Source of the DNA: an uncultured bacterium
Lineage (GTDB): Bacteria > Chloroflexota > UBA5177 > JANWHV01
Direction of reading: 5' to 3'
Length of the DNA stretch: 64,000 nucleotides
Assembly (NCBI GenBank): GCA_963729625.1
Contig: CAVSOU010000014.1
Span: 5,096-69,095, forward strand
Position 1 is the first letter of the stretch; every line of letters starts with the position of its first letter. Under the pieces are notes generated by a model. It had not been told where the DNA came from. It did not search any database and saw only the letters and a list, made by a program, of their open reading frames with translations. A program made the translations under genes and the position numbers. Of this stretch, positions 25,259 to 35,165 are shown piece after piece.

Positions 25259-27147
25259 GCTCAGCAGCATCGCCGGTCGGCGCAACGCGGCGCATGACGG
25301 CGGCACAGGCAATCGTGCGCTTTCTTGCCCAGCAGTACGTCGAGCGGGACGGGAAAACGCAGCGGATGGTAGCCGGCGTCTTCGGCATCTTCGGGCACGG
25401 CGTTGTATCGGGTCTGGGCCAGGCTCTCGAGGAAGTCGGTGAAGCGCTTCCGTTTTACCAGGCGCGCAACGAGCAGGCAATGGTTCATACTGCCGCCGCG
25501 TTCGCACGGATGAAGAATCGCCTGCAGATCTTTGCCTGCACCTCGTCGGTGGGGCCCGGGGCTACCAACATGATCACCGGCGCCGCCGGCGCCACCGTGA
25601 ACCGCATCCCCGTTCTGCTGCTGCCGGGAGACACATTTGCCAGCCGTATCCCGCATCCCGTGCTGCAGCAGCTTGAATACTTCGGCGGACAGGACGTCAG
25701 CGTCAACGATGCGTTCCGGCCGGTGTCGCGCTACTGGGATCGGATTACACGACCTGAACAGATCCTGTATAGCCTGCCCGAAGCCGTACGGGTGCTGCTC
25801 GACCCTGCAGAAACCGGTGCCGTGACAGTCGCTCTCCCGGAAGATGTCCAGACCATGGCGTACGACTATCCCGACGTGTTTTTCCGACAACACCTGCACA
25901 GGGTGTTCAGACCGTTCCCGGCTCCGGCCGCGACCGCGGAAGCGGTGCAACGAATCCGGGCGGCCAAGCGGCCCATCATCGTTGCCGGCGGCGGCGTGCT
26001 CTATTCAGAGGCCTCGTCCGCGCTCGATGCGCTGGCTCGCGCGTGCGGTATTCCGGTCGTCGAGACTCAGGCTGGAAAAGGCGTGTTGCCGTGGGATCAT
26101 CCCTGGATGGCCGGCCCCGTCGGCGCCACGGGCGGCATCGCCGGAAATCGGCTTGCGGCGACGGCGGACCTTGTCATAGCGGTCGGCACACGGCTCAGCG
26201 ACTTCACCACGGCCTCAAAGACCGCGTTCCAGAACCCCGACGTCACGTTCATTGGCGTCAACGTCACCGCCATGGATGCGAACAAGCTGAGCGCGCTGCC
26301 GCTAGTCGGGGACGCGCGCAGCACGCTCGAGGTTCTTGCCGCGGCGCTGCGCGACGCCGGCTACCGGACAGGCGACGACTACGCCGGCGAGATCAAGGGC
26401 CTGAACCAGGACTGGCACAGGGCCGTGGATCTGCAGCGCGCGACTACCGATGACCAGCACCTGACGCAGGCGCAGGTCATCGGCATCGTCAACGACTTCG
26501 CGCGACCAACAGACGTCGTCGTCTGCGCATCCGGTGGCTTGCCCGGCGACCTCCACAAGCTCTGGCGAACCACTGACGCGAAGGGGTATCACGTCGAGTA
26601 CGGGTACTCCTGCATGGGCTACGAGATCGCGGGCGGCCACGGAGTGAAGATGGCCGACCCGTCGCGCGAGGTCTACGTCATGGTCGGTGACGGCAGCTAC
26701 CTGATGTTGCACACCGAGATAGTCACGTCGCTGCAGGAAGGTAACAAGCTCACGATAGTGGTCCTTGACAATGGCGGCTTCCAGTGCATTCGATCGCTCC
26801 AGCAATCGCTCGGATCGCCGTCCTTCAGCAATGAGATGCGGTATCGCAATCCGGCGACCGGGAGGCTCGAAGGAGGCTACGTGCCGATCGACTTCGTCAA
26901 GAACGCTGAGAGCCTCGGCGCAAGCGCGTACTTCGCCGCCACGCCCGCGGCGCTTCGCGAGGCGCTGGAGCATGCGTCCCGCGCCACCCAGACGGTCGTC
27001 ATTCAGGTCCCCGTGGATGTCGATGCCCGAGTGCCCAGCTACGACGGCTGGTGGGATGTACCGGTGGCGGAAGTCTCCGCGCAACCCGCTGTCGTACAGG
27101 CTCGCCACGACTATGATGCTGCTCGCACGAGGCAGCGGTACTTCTGA
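25231..27147 (+). CDS. iolD: 3D-(3,5/4)-trihydroxycyclohexane-1,2-dione acylhydrolase (ThDP-dependent)
   Basis: A 638-aa ThDP enzyme. The N-terminus MTAAQAIVRFLAQQYVERDG...FGIFGHG and the ThDP motif GDGSYLM...N are typical of IolD. The true start is probably a few codons downstream, which would reduce the overlap with iolB. Confidence 0.85.
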   Translation: MDYGGVDVVSSAASPVGATRRMTAAQAIVRFLAQQYVERDGKTQRMVAGVFGIFGHGVVSGLGQALEEVGEALPFYQARNEQAMVHTAAAFARMKNRLQIFACTSSVGPGATNMITGAAGATVNRIPVLLLPGDTFASRIPHPVLQQLEYFGGQDVSVNDAFRPVSRYWDRITRPEQILYSLPEAVRVLLDPAETGAVTVALPEDVQTMAYDYPDVFFRQHLHRVFRPFPAPAATAEAVQRIRAAKRPIIVAGGGVLYSEASSALDALARACGIPVVETQAGKGVLPWDHPWMAGPVGATGGIAGNRLAATADLVIAVGTRLSDFTTASKTAFQNPDVTFIGVNVTAMDANKLSALPLVGDARSTLEVLAAALRDAGYRTGDDYAGEIKGLNQDWHRAVDLQRATTDDQHLTQAQVIGIVNDFARPTDVVVCASGGLPGDLHKLWRTTDAKGYHVEYGYSCMGYEIAGGHGVKMADPSREVYVMVGDGSYLMLHTEIVTSLQEGNKLTIVVLDNGGFQCIRSLQQSLGSPSFSNEMRYRNPATGRLEGGYVPIDFVKNAESLGASAYFAATPAALREALEHASRATQTVVIQVPVDVDARVPSYDGWWDVPVAEVSAQPAVVQARHDYDAARTRQRYF

Positions 27148-27169
27148 TTAGGCGAAATGGAAGCTCGCA

Positions 27170-27661
27170 GTGGGTGAATCGCTGTCGGACCGGCTCATCG
27201 CGCTTCTGCGCGACAATGGTGCTGACTTCGAGGTGCTGCAGCATGAGCCGGTTCGCACGAGCGCCGAAGCCGCCCTGGTTCGTGGAACGACCATGGAGCA
27301 GGGGGCCAAGGCGCTCGTATTTCAGACCGCGGACCGGCTGCTTTTGCTCGTGCTTCCGGCGAATCTGCGTGTGGACTCACGTGGGTTCAGGCACGCGCTC
27401 GGCGTACGCAGCCTGCGGATGATAGCAGCCAGTGATTTGTTGCAGCAGTTCGATCTCGAAGTGGGAGCGGTACCGCCATTCGGCCGCCTGCTCGGGTTGG
27501 AAACCTATGTCGACGAGCGGCTGCTCGTCCAGCCGCGCATTGCATTCAATGCCGGCAGCAAGACAACCTCCGTCTTGCTGGCCACGGCAGACTACCTGCG
27601 TCTCGAGAAACCCACCGTCGGCAGCTTCGCGGAGGAGTCCCTTGAGGCAACGCAATCTTGA
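27170..27661 (+). CDS. YbaK/ProX-like aminoacyl-tRNA editing (trans-deacylase) domain protein
   Basis: About 160 aa with ...GAKALVF...LLLVLPANLRVD...GAVPPFG...AFNAGS..., typical of the YbaK/EbsC fold. Confidence 0.65.
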   Translation: MGESLSDRLIALLRDNGADFEVLQHEPVRTSAEAALVRGTTMEQGAKALVFQTADRLLLLVLPANLRVDSRGFRHALGVRSLRMIAASDLLQQFDLEVGAVPPFGRLLGLETYVDERLLVQPRIAFNAGSKTTSVLLATADYLRLEKPTVGSFAEESLEATQS

Positions 27662-27724
27662 GCTCACAGGCCGGCCGGGCCTTTATAGACTCCTCGCGCG
27701 TGAATCAAGCACCAGGAGGCACGG

Positions 27725-28639
27725 ATGCAACTTAGCTTCGCGACGACGGCGGTGCCGGAGCTATCGCTCACCGAGGTAATCGCGCTCGCGGGAAGAATGC
27801 GCTATCAAGCGGTCGAAGTGCAATGCTGGCCTCGCAGCGGGTCGCCGGGAGTGACCCACATCGACGTCGCGGAGTTCAATGCCGATTCGGCACGTCGCAT
27901 TCGCGAACTGCTCCAACGTGAAGGAATCGCTCTTTCGGCCCTTGCCTGCGTTCCTGCGACGGATGGTGAACTTCCCGATGGCTTGCAGGTCCCCGCCGCG
28001 CACTTGCACGCACTGGTCGACGCCGCGCACATGCTCGAGGTCCCGCGCATAATCACCTGCGTGAACGCCGCGCCAACAACGCCTGGCTGGTCCGACGCAA
28101 TCGCTCGCTTGGGAGCGCTCGCAAGCTACGCGTCACATCGCTCTGTCGTCGTGTGCCTCGAGCACGCGTGGCTTGACCCGACCGGGCGACATCCCGAAAC
28201 GGGCGAGCCGATCGCGCCACCCCTTGCCTGGTGGGAGCATGTCTGGAGGAATCTGCCGAGTCCGAGCATCGGGCTGAGCTATGAGCCGCTGATACTTGCT
28301 CGCCTGGGCGTCGACGAGGTTGCGCCGATCCTGGCGCTTGGAGGCACGATATGCCAGGTTCGCGCAACCGACAGCTGGCCTCGGCAGCTTGCCGCCGGGG
28401 GCGGACTCACCGCAGCGCAGACACGCGTGCGGTGGGATGCCATCATCGCCGCGCTGGGAGTGTCCGGCTTCACCGGTCCCATCACCGTCCGGTTGGGGCC
28501 TGAGCTGCAGAACATCGAGCCTGGAGGCACGCGTCGACGCGCTCCGCCATGCGTCTGCCTACCTTCGAGGGCATCTGGCTTCGTCGCATCGGCTCCGAGC
28601 CTGACGGTCTGTGACCTCTTGGTGAGATACCAAGACTGA
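27725..28639 (+). CDS. Xylose-isomerase-like TIM-barrel sugar phosphate isomerase/epimerase (IolE/IolI-like)
   Basis: The N-terminus MQLSFATTAVPELSLTEVIALAG...YQAVEV and the LEH... motif fit the AP_endonuc_2 / TIM-barrel family. The last ~40 aa look out of frame; see findings. Confidence 0.7.
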   Translation: MQLSFATTAVPELSLTEVIALAGRMRYQAVEVQCWPRSGSPGVTHIDVAEFNADSARRIRELLQREGIALSALACVPATDGELPDGLQVPAAHLHALVDAAHMLEVPRIITCVNAAPTTPGWSDAIARLGALASYASHRSVVVCLEHAWLDPTGRHPETGEPIAPPLAWWEHVWRNLPSPSIGLSYEPLILARLGVDEVAPILALGGTICQVRATDSWPRQLAAGGGLTAAQTRVRWDAIIAALGVSGFTGPITVRLGPELQNIEPGGTRRRAPPCVCLPSRASGFVASAPSLTVCDLLVRYQD

Positions 28640-28995
28640 CATTGCGTTGCCGGCGCAGAGATTGGGGCGTCCTCGGTCGCTGTGAATATGGCCAATCGAC
28701 GTTGACGATCCATCTGCAGTGCTCCTGGTCAGTCATGTGTGCTCTGAACCGGCGCCGCGGAGCCCTTAACTGCCCTGTTGCCGTAGCGTCAGGCTGAGGT
28801 CGCCACCGTTCGGTCGCGGCTCCTGCCTGCCACTCAGCAGCCATCCGCGGCCCGTTGGTACCATACACAGGCAGTGGTAGTTGGCAGGGCGCGGACGTGT
28901 GGTGCGGCACGGCGGCGTTTGTTGCGACGAACTACGTGAGTCGCGACTCGGCAGCCGGATCCGACCCTGGCCGCGTTCTGAGTGCGGAGGTGAGC

Positions 28996-30372
28996 ATGGG
29001 CAACGTAGGCAAGGAATCGGCCCTCGATCTCTCACAGAAGATCATGACATTGCTCTTTGGTCCCCCGTCAGTGCGCGCGTTCGCGACACGCTACTGGGAC
29101 GGAAGCAATGAGCAATCTGGCGGCACGTCGACGGCTCCGTTTACTATAATCCTGCGCCGGCCCTGGGCGTTGCGACGGCTTCTCTTTCCGCCTACCGAGA
29201 TCGCGGCGGCTGAAGCGTACCTCAGGGACGATTTTGACGTCGAGGGCGACATGGAACAGGTAATGGCTCTCGAGCAATCACTCGGGGAGTCGATTCGGTC
29301 GCCTTTGCGCCTTGCCCGCATTCTGTCACTTGCAAGGCGCCTGCCGCCTCCCGAAACCGGCGAGCCGCTGAGTGGGCGCTCGGCCGAACCGCGTCGTACT
29401 CTTGGCCGTCGCCACTCACGCAGGCGAGACTCGGCGACAGTGAGATCTCATTACGACGTTGGCAATGACTTCTACAGCCTGTGGCTCGATAGCCGACTCG
29501 TCTATTCGTGTGCGTATTTTCCCACGGGGGAGGAGGATCTTGACGTTGCGCAAGAGGCGAAGCTCGAGTACATCTGCCGCAAACTGCGCCTGAAGCAGGG
29601 TGAAACTCTGCTGGATATCGGATGCGGCTGGGGCGGGCTCGTGCAGTATGCTGCGGAGCATTACGGCGTTAAGGCCACGGGCATCACGCTGAGCGGCGAG
29701 CAGGCGCGCCTCGCCCGCCAGCGCATTGCCGGCGCCGGCCTGAAGGACCGAGTGCTGATCGACGTGCGCGACTACCGGGAGATTCCCGGCGGGGACCGCT
29801 TCGACAAGGTCGTGAGCATCGGCATGCTCGAGCACGTCGGTCGCGCCCACATGAACCAATACTTTGACGTTGCCCGGCGAGTCACCCAACCTGGCGGGCT
29901 ATTCCTTGCACACGGGATCGTGGATCAGGTGGCTCCTCAAAGCGGCCTTTCACTCGGGCATCTGGCCAACCGTGCGCGCGGCTCGGGCAGGTTCATCGAC
30001 GAGTATGTGTTTCCTGACGGCGAGCTTCTTGCGACGTGGGAGTTAGCCAGAGCGGCGGCTCACGCAGGCTGGGAGCTTCGCGACGTCGAGAATCTGCGCG
30101 AGCACTATGCGCGCACGTTGCGCCACTGGGTCCGAAGGCTCGAGATGCATCACGACGACGCTGCTTCCCTCGTGGGCGAGCCGACCTACCGCGTGTGGCG
30201 GCTGTACATGTCTGGCGCGGCGCACGGCTTCGCGCGTGGGGACCTCGGCATTATCCAGCTGCTCCTGTCGAACTGCGTCGAAGGCGGCGCTTGCACGCTT
30301 CCGCCGACGCGTGCCGATCTCTATCAAGAGACAGAGAAGCGGGGGGTGGTTGCCTCGTCGGCATCGAACTGA
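28996..30372 (+). CDS. cfa: Cyclopropane-fatty-acyl-phospholipid synthase (SAM-dependent)
   Basis: ATG 28996 follows GGAGG at 28986-28990. HYDVGNDFYSLWLD...YSCAYF and the SAM motif LLDIGCGWGG are present. Confidence 0.85.
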   Translation: MGNVGKESALDLSQKIMTLLFGPPSVRAFATRYWDGSNEQSGGTSTAPFTIILRRPWALRRLLFPPTEIAAAEAYLRDDFDVEGDMEQVMALEQSLGESIRSPLRLARILSLARRLPPPETGEPLSGRSAEPRRTLGRRHSRRRDSATVRSHYDVGNDFYSLWLDSRLVYSCAYFPTGEEDLDVAQEAKLEYICRKLRLKQGETLLDIGCGWGGLVQYAAEHYGVKATGITLSGEQARLARQRIAGAGLKDRVLIDVRDYREIPGGDRFDKVVSIGMLEHVGRAHMNQYFDVARRVTQPGGLFLAHGIVDQVAPQSGLSLGHLANRARGSGRFIDEYVFPDGELLATWELARAAAHAGWELRDVENLREHYARTLRHWVRRLEMHHDDAASLVGEPTYRVWRLYMSGAAHGFARGDLGIIQLLLSNCVEGGACTLPPTRADLYQETEKRGVVASSASN

Positions 30373-30455
30373 AATGTGCTTTGCACCCCCGCAAACTCCC
30401 CGGGCTAGAGGCCAGCGTTTCTTTCACGCTAAGACTCGCGCGTGAATACTGCAGG

Positions 30456-31364
30456 TTAGTCGGGCGCTGCGGGCGCGGGCCGCGCTCGCCGTGCGGCGGC
30501 TGGCAGCCTCCCGGCCGTTGACAGGTATGAGCCGAAGATAATCAGCACGAAGCCGAAGACCGTGCTCACGCTGAGTGGTTCGGCGAGAAATGCGACGCCG
30601 AGCAGCACCGACACGACGGGATTGACGTAGGTGAACACCGTACCCTTGCTGGCGCCAACTTCGGCTACGAGTGCGAAGAACGTCAGCTCGGCGAGCGCCG
30701 TGCACACGAGACCCAGGACCAGAAGACTTACGACCACGTCAGCACCTGGCATGTGCGTCGGCAGCCGTGTAGCCGCTATTGGGGCAAGAAGAATCGTCGT
30801 AATCGCGCACTCGACAGCTACTACTCCCAGACTCGGTAACCGCGAGTACGTACTGGCTCGCAGCATGAGGGCGCTGGCCGCGTAGCAACACGTGGCAATC
30901 AACACCATGAAAGCCCCTACGAGGCGCATACTTCCGCCTCCGATATCGAGGCCAAACAGCACTGCGACGCCCGCCGCCCCGATCACGAGCCCCACAAAGC
31001 GCACGCCGTCCACCTGCTCGGCGCGGTCAAAGTGAAGCGCGAATAGCGCCACTAGCATCGGTTCCGCGGCGATAATCAAGCTGGCGAGAGATGACGCGAT
31101 GTGTTGCTCGCCGTAGCTGATCAGCAGAAACGGAATGGCGATCTGCACCAATGTGAGTCCTGTGATTGGCAGGATCTGACCGGCAAGCTGTCGCAGCGCT
31201 CCGCGAAACCAGGCCACTGGCATGAGCACAACAGCAGCGATTCCAACCCGGGTACACACCACGATCGACGGATCGACGGCCTTTACCGCGATCTTGATGA
31301 AGAAGTAGGGGATGCCCCAGAACAGCGAGATCGCGACGAAAAGCATCCAGCCTCTTGGGGTCAC
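30456..31364 (-). CDS. EamA/DMT-family transporter
   Basis: A 302-aa protein with about 10 predicted TM segments and two EamA-like halves (FWGIPYFFIK...). Confidence 0.75.
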   Translation of the reverse strand: MTPRGWMLFVAISLFWGIPYFFIKIAVKAVDPSIVVCTRVGIAAVVLMPVAWFRGALRQLAGQILPITGLTLVQIAIPFLLISYGEQHIASSLASLIIAAEPMLVALFALHFDRAEQVDGVRFVGLVIGAAGVAVLFGLDIGGGSMRLVGAFMVLIATCCYAASALMLRASTYSRLPSLGVVAVECAITTILLAPIAATRLPTHMPGADVVVSLLVLGLVCTALAELTFFALVAEVGASKGTVFTYVNPVVSVLLGVAFLAEPLSVSTVFGFVLIIFGSYLSTAGRLPAAARRARPAPAAPD

Positions 31365-31627
31365 GATCCGTTTCTCCCGACGTGTCTCGATCGGCGCATG
31401 CCCTTAGGCTAGCAGCCCTGCCGGAGGGATGTCACTGGAGCTCCAGTTCGGCGCATGAAAGGCGACGGCTGTGGCCGGCCGCAAGGGACCACGGTCAAGT
31501 CCTGGGCCACCGTATGGGCGTTCGCAGGAGCGAGGACCACGACGCCTGCCGAGGCGACGGCACCGACTACCGGCGCGCAAGGAATGCCCGAGTCGGAGGT
31601 GCATGCACCTTCGCCTGAGAAGCACGC

Positions 31628-32338
31628 TTAGCTGAAGTTTCCCGTGCGGATCGCAGAGGCCTGCGAGTTGAGAATCTCCTCGATCCGATTGCACGAAGCC
31701 AGGCTTGGCAAGAGCACGAGTGTTCCGCCAATCGCGTCGCCCTCGACCACGATCTTCGTTTCGATGAGAATCCCATAGGCTTGGGTCTGGGCCATCTCCA
31801 CCACAATAGACTGGAGTACAGCGGCCCACATGTCACGGACGACAAACGGTGGCGAGGGTAGGACGGTGAGCTTGGTGGTGTCGGCAACCGCATTGAGAAA
31901 CGCTGAAGCGGCGACATTTCCGAGCTCGCTAACCATTGAATCGGCAAGGTATCGCATCTCCGGCGTGTCAAGGTCGTCGGTCATAAGAAGCACGCGCGAG
32001 ATGAAGTCCGAGGCTTCCGGCGCCATGCACAGTGCTACGTGGCCATCGATGTCACCGGAAAACGCGACGTACACGGCCGTAACCGGGCTCTCCGCGCCTG
32101 GGTCGTAACAGTCAAGCAGATCTTCCAGCCGAGTGTACGCCGCACGGGAGCCACGGAACTGAATGTCGCGCTCCACGAGTCCAGCGAGCTGGGCGCCCGC
32201 GTAGGCGAGGGCATCCATGAACACGGCGGCCAATGTCGGAGTGAGGACGGGAAGTGCTTTACTCGCCACCTCGTCCATGGTGCTAACTCCTCCAATGCGC
32301 TCATGCCAACTTCGCTCGAGTAGCTTGTCAACGCTCAT
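31628..32338 (-). CDS. CheC/CheX-family (CheY-P phosphatase-like) protein
   Basis: Contains SMVSELGNVAASAFLNAV, which matches the CheC active-site pattern [DS]-x3-E-x2-N. The length is 236 aa. Confidence 0.6.
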   Translation of the reverse strand: MSVDKLLERSWHERIGGVSTMDEVASKALPVLTPTLAAVFMDALAYAGAQLAGLVERDIQFRGSRAAYTRLEDLLDCYDPGAESPVTAVYVAFSGDIDGHVALCMAPEASDFISRVLLMTDDLDTPEMRYLADSMVSELGNVAASAFLNAVADTTKLTVLPSPPFVVRDMWAAVLQSIVVEMAQTQAYGILIETKIVVEGDAIGGTLVLLPSLASCNRIEEILNSQASAIRTGNFS

Positions 32339-32566
32339 GCATTGCGGTGGCGATCAGGCCTCAAGCTGCGGCATCAGGGTAGCATCACCCGCTCTTGTGA
32401 GTACCCGCCACTTTGGTGCCAGGTGAATGTAGCTGATGATATTTGACAGACTACTAAAGAGGTATTCGGCACAATGTGGCAGATCACCAGTGCATATGGC
32501 TACACTTTTGGCAGAATCTGCCGATAGGTACGTGAGTAGCAGTCAGGACATGCGGGGAGGGCATAG

Positions 32567-33415
32567 ATGGTCCAGCCAACAGTCTCCGGGGAGAACAATC
32601 CTCCGGCGCCGTTTCAGATAACCAAGAAGACGCTGCAGTCTTTGGCGCCGCTGCCTGCCACGGCCGTACAGCTGCTTGCCCTTCTGGATCAGCCGGACAC
32701 ATCCTTGCGCAAAATCGCAGACGTGGCCAGTCGCGATGTGGGTATTGCCGCGGCGATGCTTCGCATGGCCAACTCGCCGATCTTCGGCATGCGCGGCCGG
32801 GTAGGAAGTATTGGTGAGGCCATACGTCTCATCGGTACTGCCCAGGCTCGCCTGCTGGTGCTTACCTGGGGCGTGGCGCAGGCAGGACAAAAGGAGCTTT
32901 GGCTCTACGGTCTGCCCTCAGGCGCCTTCTTGCGCCACAGCGAGCTGGTGGCAACACTCTCCATGGCTATAGCGCGCGAGGTACAGTACCCGGCTTCAGG
33001 GGTTGCGTACAGCGCAGGCCTGCTGCACGACATTGGCAAAGTGATCATTAACGCTATCGTCGTTCAGGGTGGGCCAGGAGCGCCAAAACCCGAAGCGTTC
33101 GTGAACGAGCATGCGCAGCCCGCGGCGAGCATCGTAACTCTGGAGCGCGATGGTGTGGGCACCGACCACGCCACCGTCGGTCGCGATCTGGCCACGCTCT
33201 GGTCGCTTCCGACGGAACTGAGCGACGCCATGTTCTTGCACCACGCGAACCCGGTGAGAAGCCCCCCATCGTTGGCCGCGATCGTCGCGCTTGCAAACGC
33301 GGTCGCGGGCCAGGTCGACGAACGCTATCCCGCGGTGCTAAGAGCGGCGTTCCCGGAGACCCACTTGGTTCCGATCGATACGCTCGTTGCGCTCGCACAG
33401 GAGGCCCTCGAGTAG
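32567..33415 (+). CDS. HDOD-domain signalling protein
   Basis: LPATAVQLLALLDQPDTSLRKIADVASRDVGIAAAMLRMANSPIFG...IGEAIRLIG and the later LLHDIGK are typical of HDOD. Confidence 0.8.
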   Translation: MVQPTVSGENNPPAPFQITKKTLQSLAPLPATAVQLLALLDQPDTSLRKIADVASRDVGIAAAMLRMANSPIFGMRGRVGSIGEAIRLIGTAQARLLVLTWGVAQAGQKELWLYGLPSGAFLRHSELVATLSMAIAREVQYPASGVAYSAGLLHDIGKVIINAIVVQGGPGAPKPEAFVNEHAQPAASIVTLERDGVGTDHATVGRDLATLWSLPTELSDAMFLHHANPVRSPPSLAAIVALANAVAGQVDERYPAVLRAAFPETHLVPIDTLVALAQEALE

Positions 33416-33444
33416 GTTCCTCCTATTGAGACGTGCGCGGTTCT

Positions 33445-33807
33445 CTAGGGCTCGGCGTGAACGGCGGTTGAAGGCTCGGTGGTCAGAACGTGCTCGACCA
33501 CTCGAACCAGCTCGGCGCGCGGTCGCGCACCAACCAGGCGCTTGATTTCCTTGCCTCCCTGGAACATGGAGATTGTCGGAATGCCCTGGATGCCGTAGCG
33601 CATGGCCACCTCGGGACTGTCGTCGACGTTCACCTTGACTGTGCGAAGCCGCCCCTCGTACTGGCCGGCCAGCTCTTCGACGATTGGTCCGACCATCCGG
33701 CACGGGCCGCACCAAGGCGCCCAGAAGTCGACAAGGACAGGGACGGTCGACTGAAGGACAGTCTTCTCGAATCCCTGGTCGTCGGTCGATATCACATGCA
33801 TGCTCAT
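33445..33807 (-). CDS. trxA: Thioredoxin
   Basis: The sequence is MSMHVISTDDQGFEKTVLQSTVPVLVDFWAPWCGPCRM...GIPT. The WCGPC active site is present. The longer ORF to 33996 has an implausible N-terminus. Confidence 0.9.
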   Translation of the reverse strand: MSMHVISTDDQGFEKTVLQSTVPVLVDFWAPWCGPCRMVGPIVEELAGQYEGRLRTVKVNVDDSPEVAMRYGIQGIPTISMFQGGKEIKRLVGARPRAELVRVVEHVLTTEPSTAVHAEP

Positions 33808-33901
33808 TGCTTGATCCTTGCTACCAACGCGTAATCCACCAAACGGTACTTCAGCGTACCATACCCTGCTACGGTATACAAACCGAGTGCTTGGCTGCGT
33901 C

Positions 33902-35020
33902 TTACGATGGGAAGAAGCCCGCGAAGTGCTCGCGCCTGACCGAGGACGCCAGCGCCCGCCCGATGAGCTGAAGATCGGGTATTGCCTGCACGACATCCGG
34001 ATGTCGCAGGCGGCTCACGTCGGTGATCCGTTGCAGTCCGTAGCCGTCGAGCGACGCACGCGACAGATCGATATCGTAGCGCAGGTACGTGAAGAGCTTC
34101 GGCTCGACTGGACCCCGGTTGCCTCTCAGGTCGCCGACCTCGGAGTCAATCGGTAGGCCTGCCCTACAGCGCCCGAAAATGCGACACAGCATGTCCTGCT
34201 GCACGGTGGACGCTGAAAGCATTGCCTGAGGCACGGTCGTGGCCTGGTAGAACAGCGTCATACGCTCGGGCGTTAGCCCTGGTTCGGCGCGCGATGACAT
34301 ACCCGTTCCCACCGACACGAGCAGCATACGATCTTCGCCACAGGGCCACCTGAGCCGATATTCATCCACCGTAGCCGAGAGGAATAGCTGAAAGGCCGGA
34401 TTTGCAAATGGCGTCAAACTGCCGTCGACAAATATGTGATCGCGGTCGCCCACCGTGATCACCTCAGGTGGGAAAAAGATCGGAGCGGCGGTGCTGGCGC
34501 GTACGAGCTGCCACAGTGGAAATTGCAAGTTGCACGAGGGCAGTTCCGGATCATTGAACAGTGCGGCGGGGTTGTTCGATACCGGCCACGGAGAGTCAGT
34601 GGTGGCATCTCGGAGCATGATCAGCAGCAGTGTCCTCAACCTGTCACTGCCAAGCGTCGTGCCGGCGCCGAGCCTCTCCTTGAGCATCACTGCCAGTGGC
34701 TCGTCATCGTACTGAAAGCGCAGCCTATCCCGCAGTCGCGCGGGGCTGAACATGAGTGGCCCGCTCTCCTCGTAGAGCGAACGAATCTCGTCTGTCGGCA
34801 GTCCGACGGCCAGCCCGGCTGCGATAATCGCCCCAGTACTCGTTCCCGCGATGTAGTCAAAGCAGTCCGCGAGTACCAGATGGGGTTCTCCGTACGCTTC
34901 ACGGGCCAGTCGCTCGATCTGCATGAGTACTTCGATGCTCAATACTCCCCGGATTCCTCCTCCATCGATGGCCAGCAACTTTCTCGGTCCACTCGCTGCC
35001 AGGACCTCGCCCACCGACAT
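33902..35020 (-). CDS. Patatin-like phospholipase
   Basis: The oxyanion motif LAIDGGGIRG, the nucleophile motif GTSTGA and the catalytic DGS/DGG region (FVDGSL) are present. Confidence 0.85.
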   Translation of the reverse strand: MSVGEVLAASGPRKLLAIDGGGIRGVLSIEVLMQIERLAREAYGEPHLVLADCFDYIAGTSTGAIIAAGLAVGLPTDEIRSLYEESGPLMFSPARLRDRLRFQYDDEPLAVMLKERLGAGTTLGSDRLRTLLLIMLRDATTDSPWPVSNNPAALFNDPELPSCNLQFPLWQLVRASTAAPIFFPPEVITVGDRDHIFVDGSLTPFANPAFQLFLSATVDEYRLRWPCGEDRMLLVSVGTGMSSRAEPGLTPERMTLFYQATTVPQAMLSASTVQQDMLCRIFGRCRAGLPIDSEVGDLRGNRGPVEPKLFTYLRYDIDLSRASLDGYGLQRITDVSRLRHPDVVQAIPDLQLIGRALASSVRREHFAGFFPS

Positions 35021-35165
35021 CTAGATCCTCCCAAACCGCAATTCAGCTGAGCCTGAAACACGCTCGAGCGCCGCCTCCGGTCCCGAGCGTGGATTGGTGC
35101 GCTGCCAAAACAAGGCCGATTCGACCCCGTTCAGGGCCGATGGCGAGCATGCAGGAGTTGCACGT

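Noticed and set aside
31365-31480. The 5' leader of the EamA transporter contains ...CUAGCCUAAGGG...CGAUCGAGACACGUCGGGAGAAAC..., which recalls pieces of the guanidine-I (ykkC) riboswitch consensus (GGUCCGAGAG / ACACGG..GGGA).
   Set aside because: Only short fragments match. The intervening hairpins and the P1/P1a architecture could not be found, and the element would be far too short. A covariance-model scan (Rfam RF00442) would be needed, and a hit is not expected.
33902-35020. The patatin-like phospholipase as a CBASS (CapV-type) defence effector.
   Set aside because: No CD-NTase/cyclase, Cap2/Cap3 or other defence gene is adjacent; the neighbours are thioredoxin and an iron transporter. 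The protein also has an extra C-terminal region unlike short CapV effectors.
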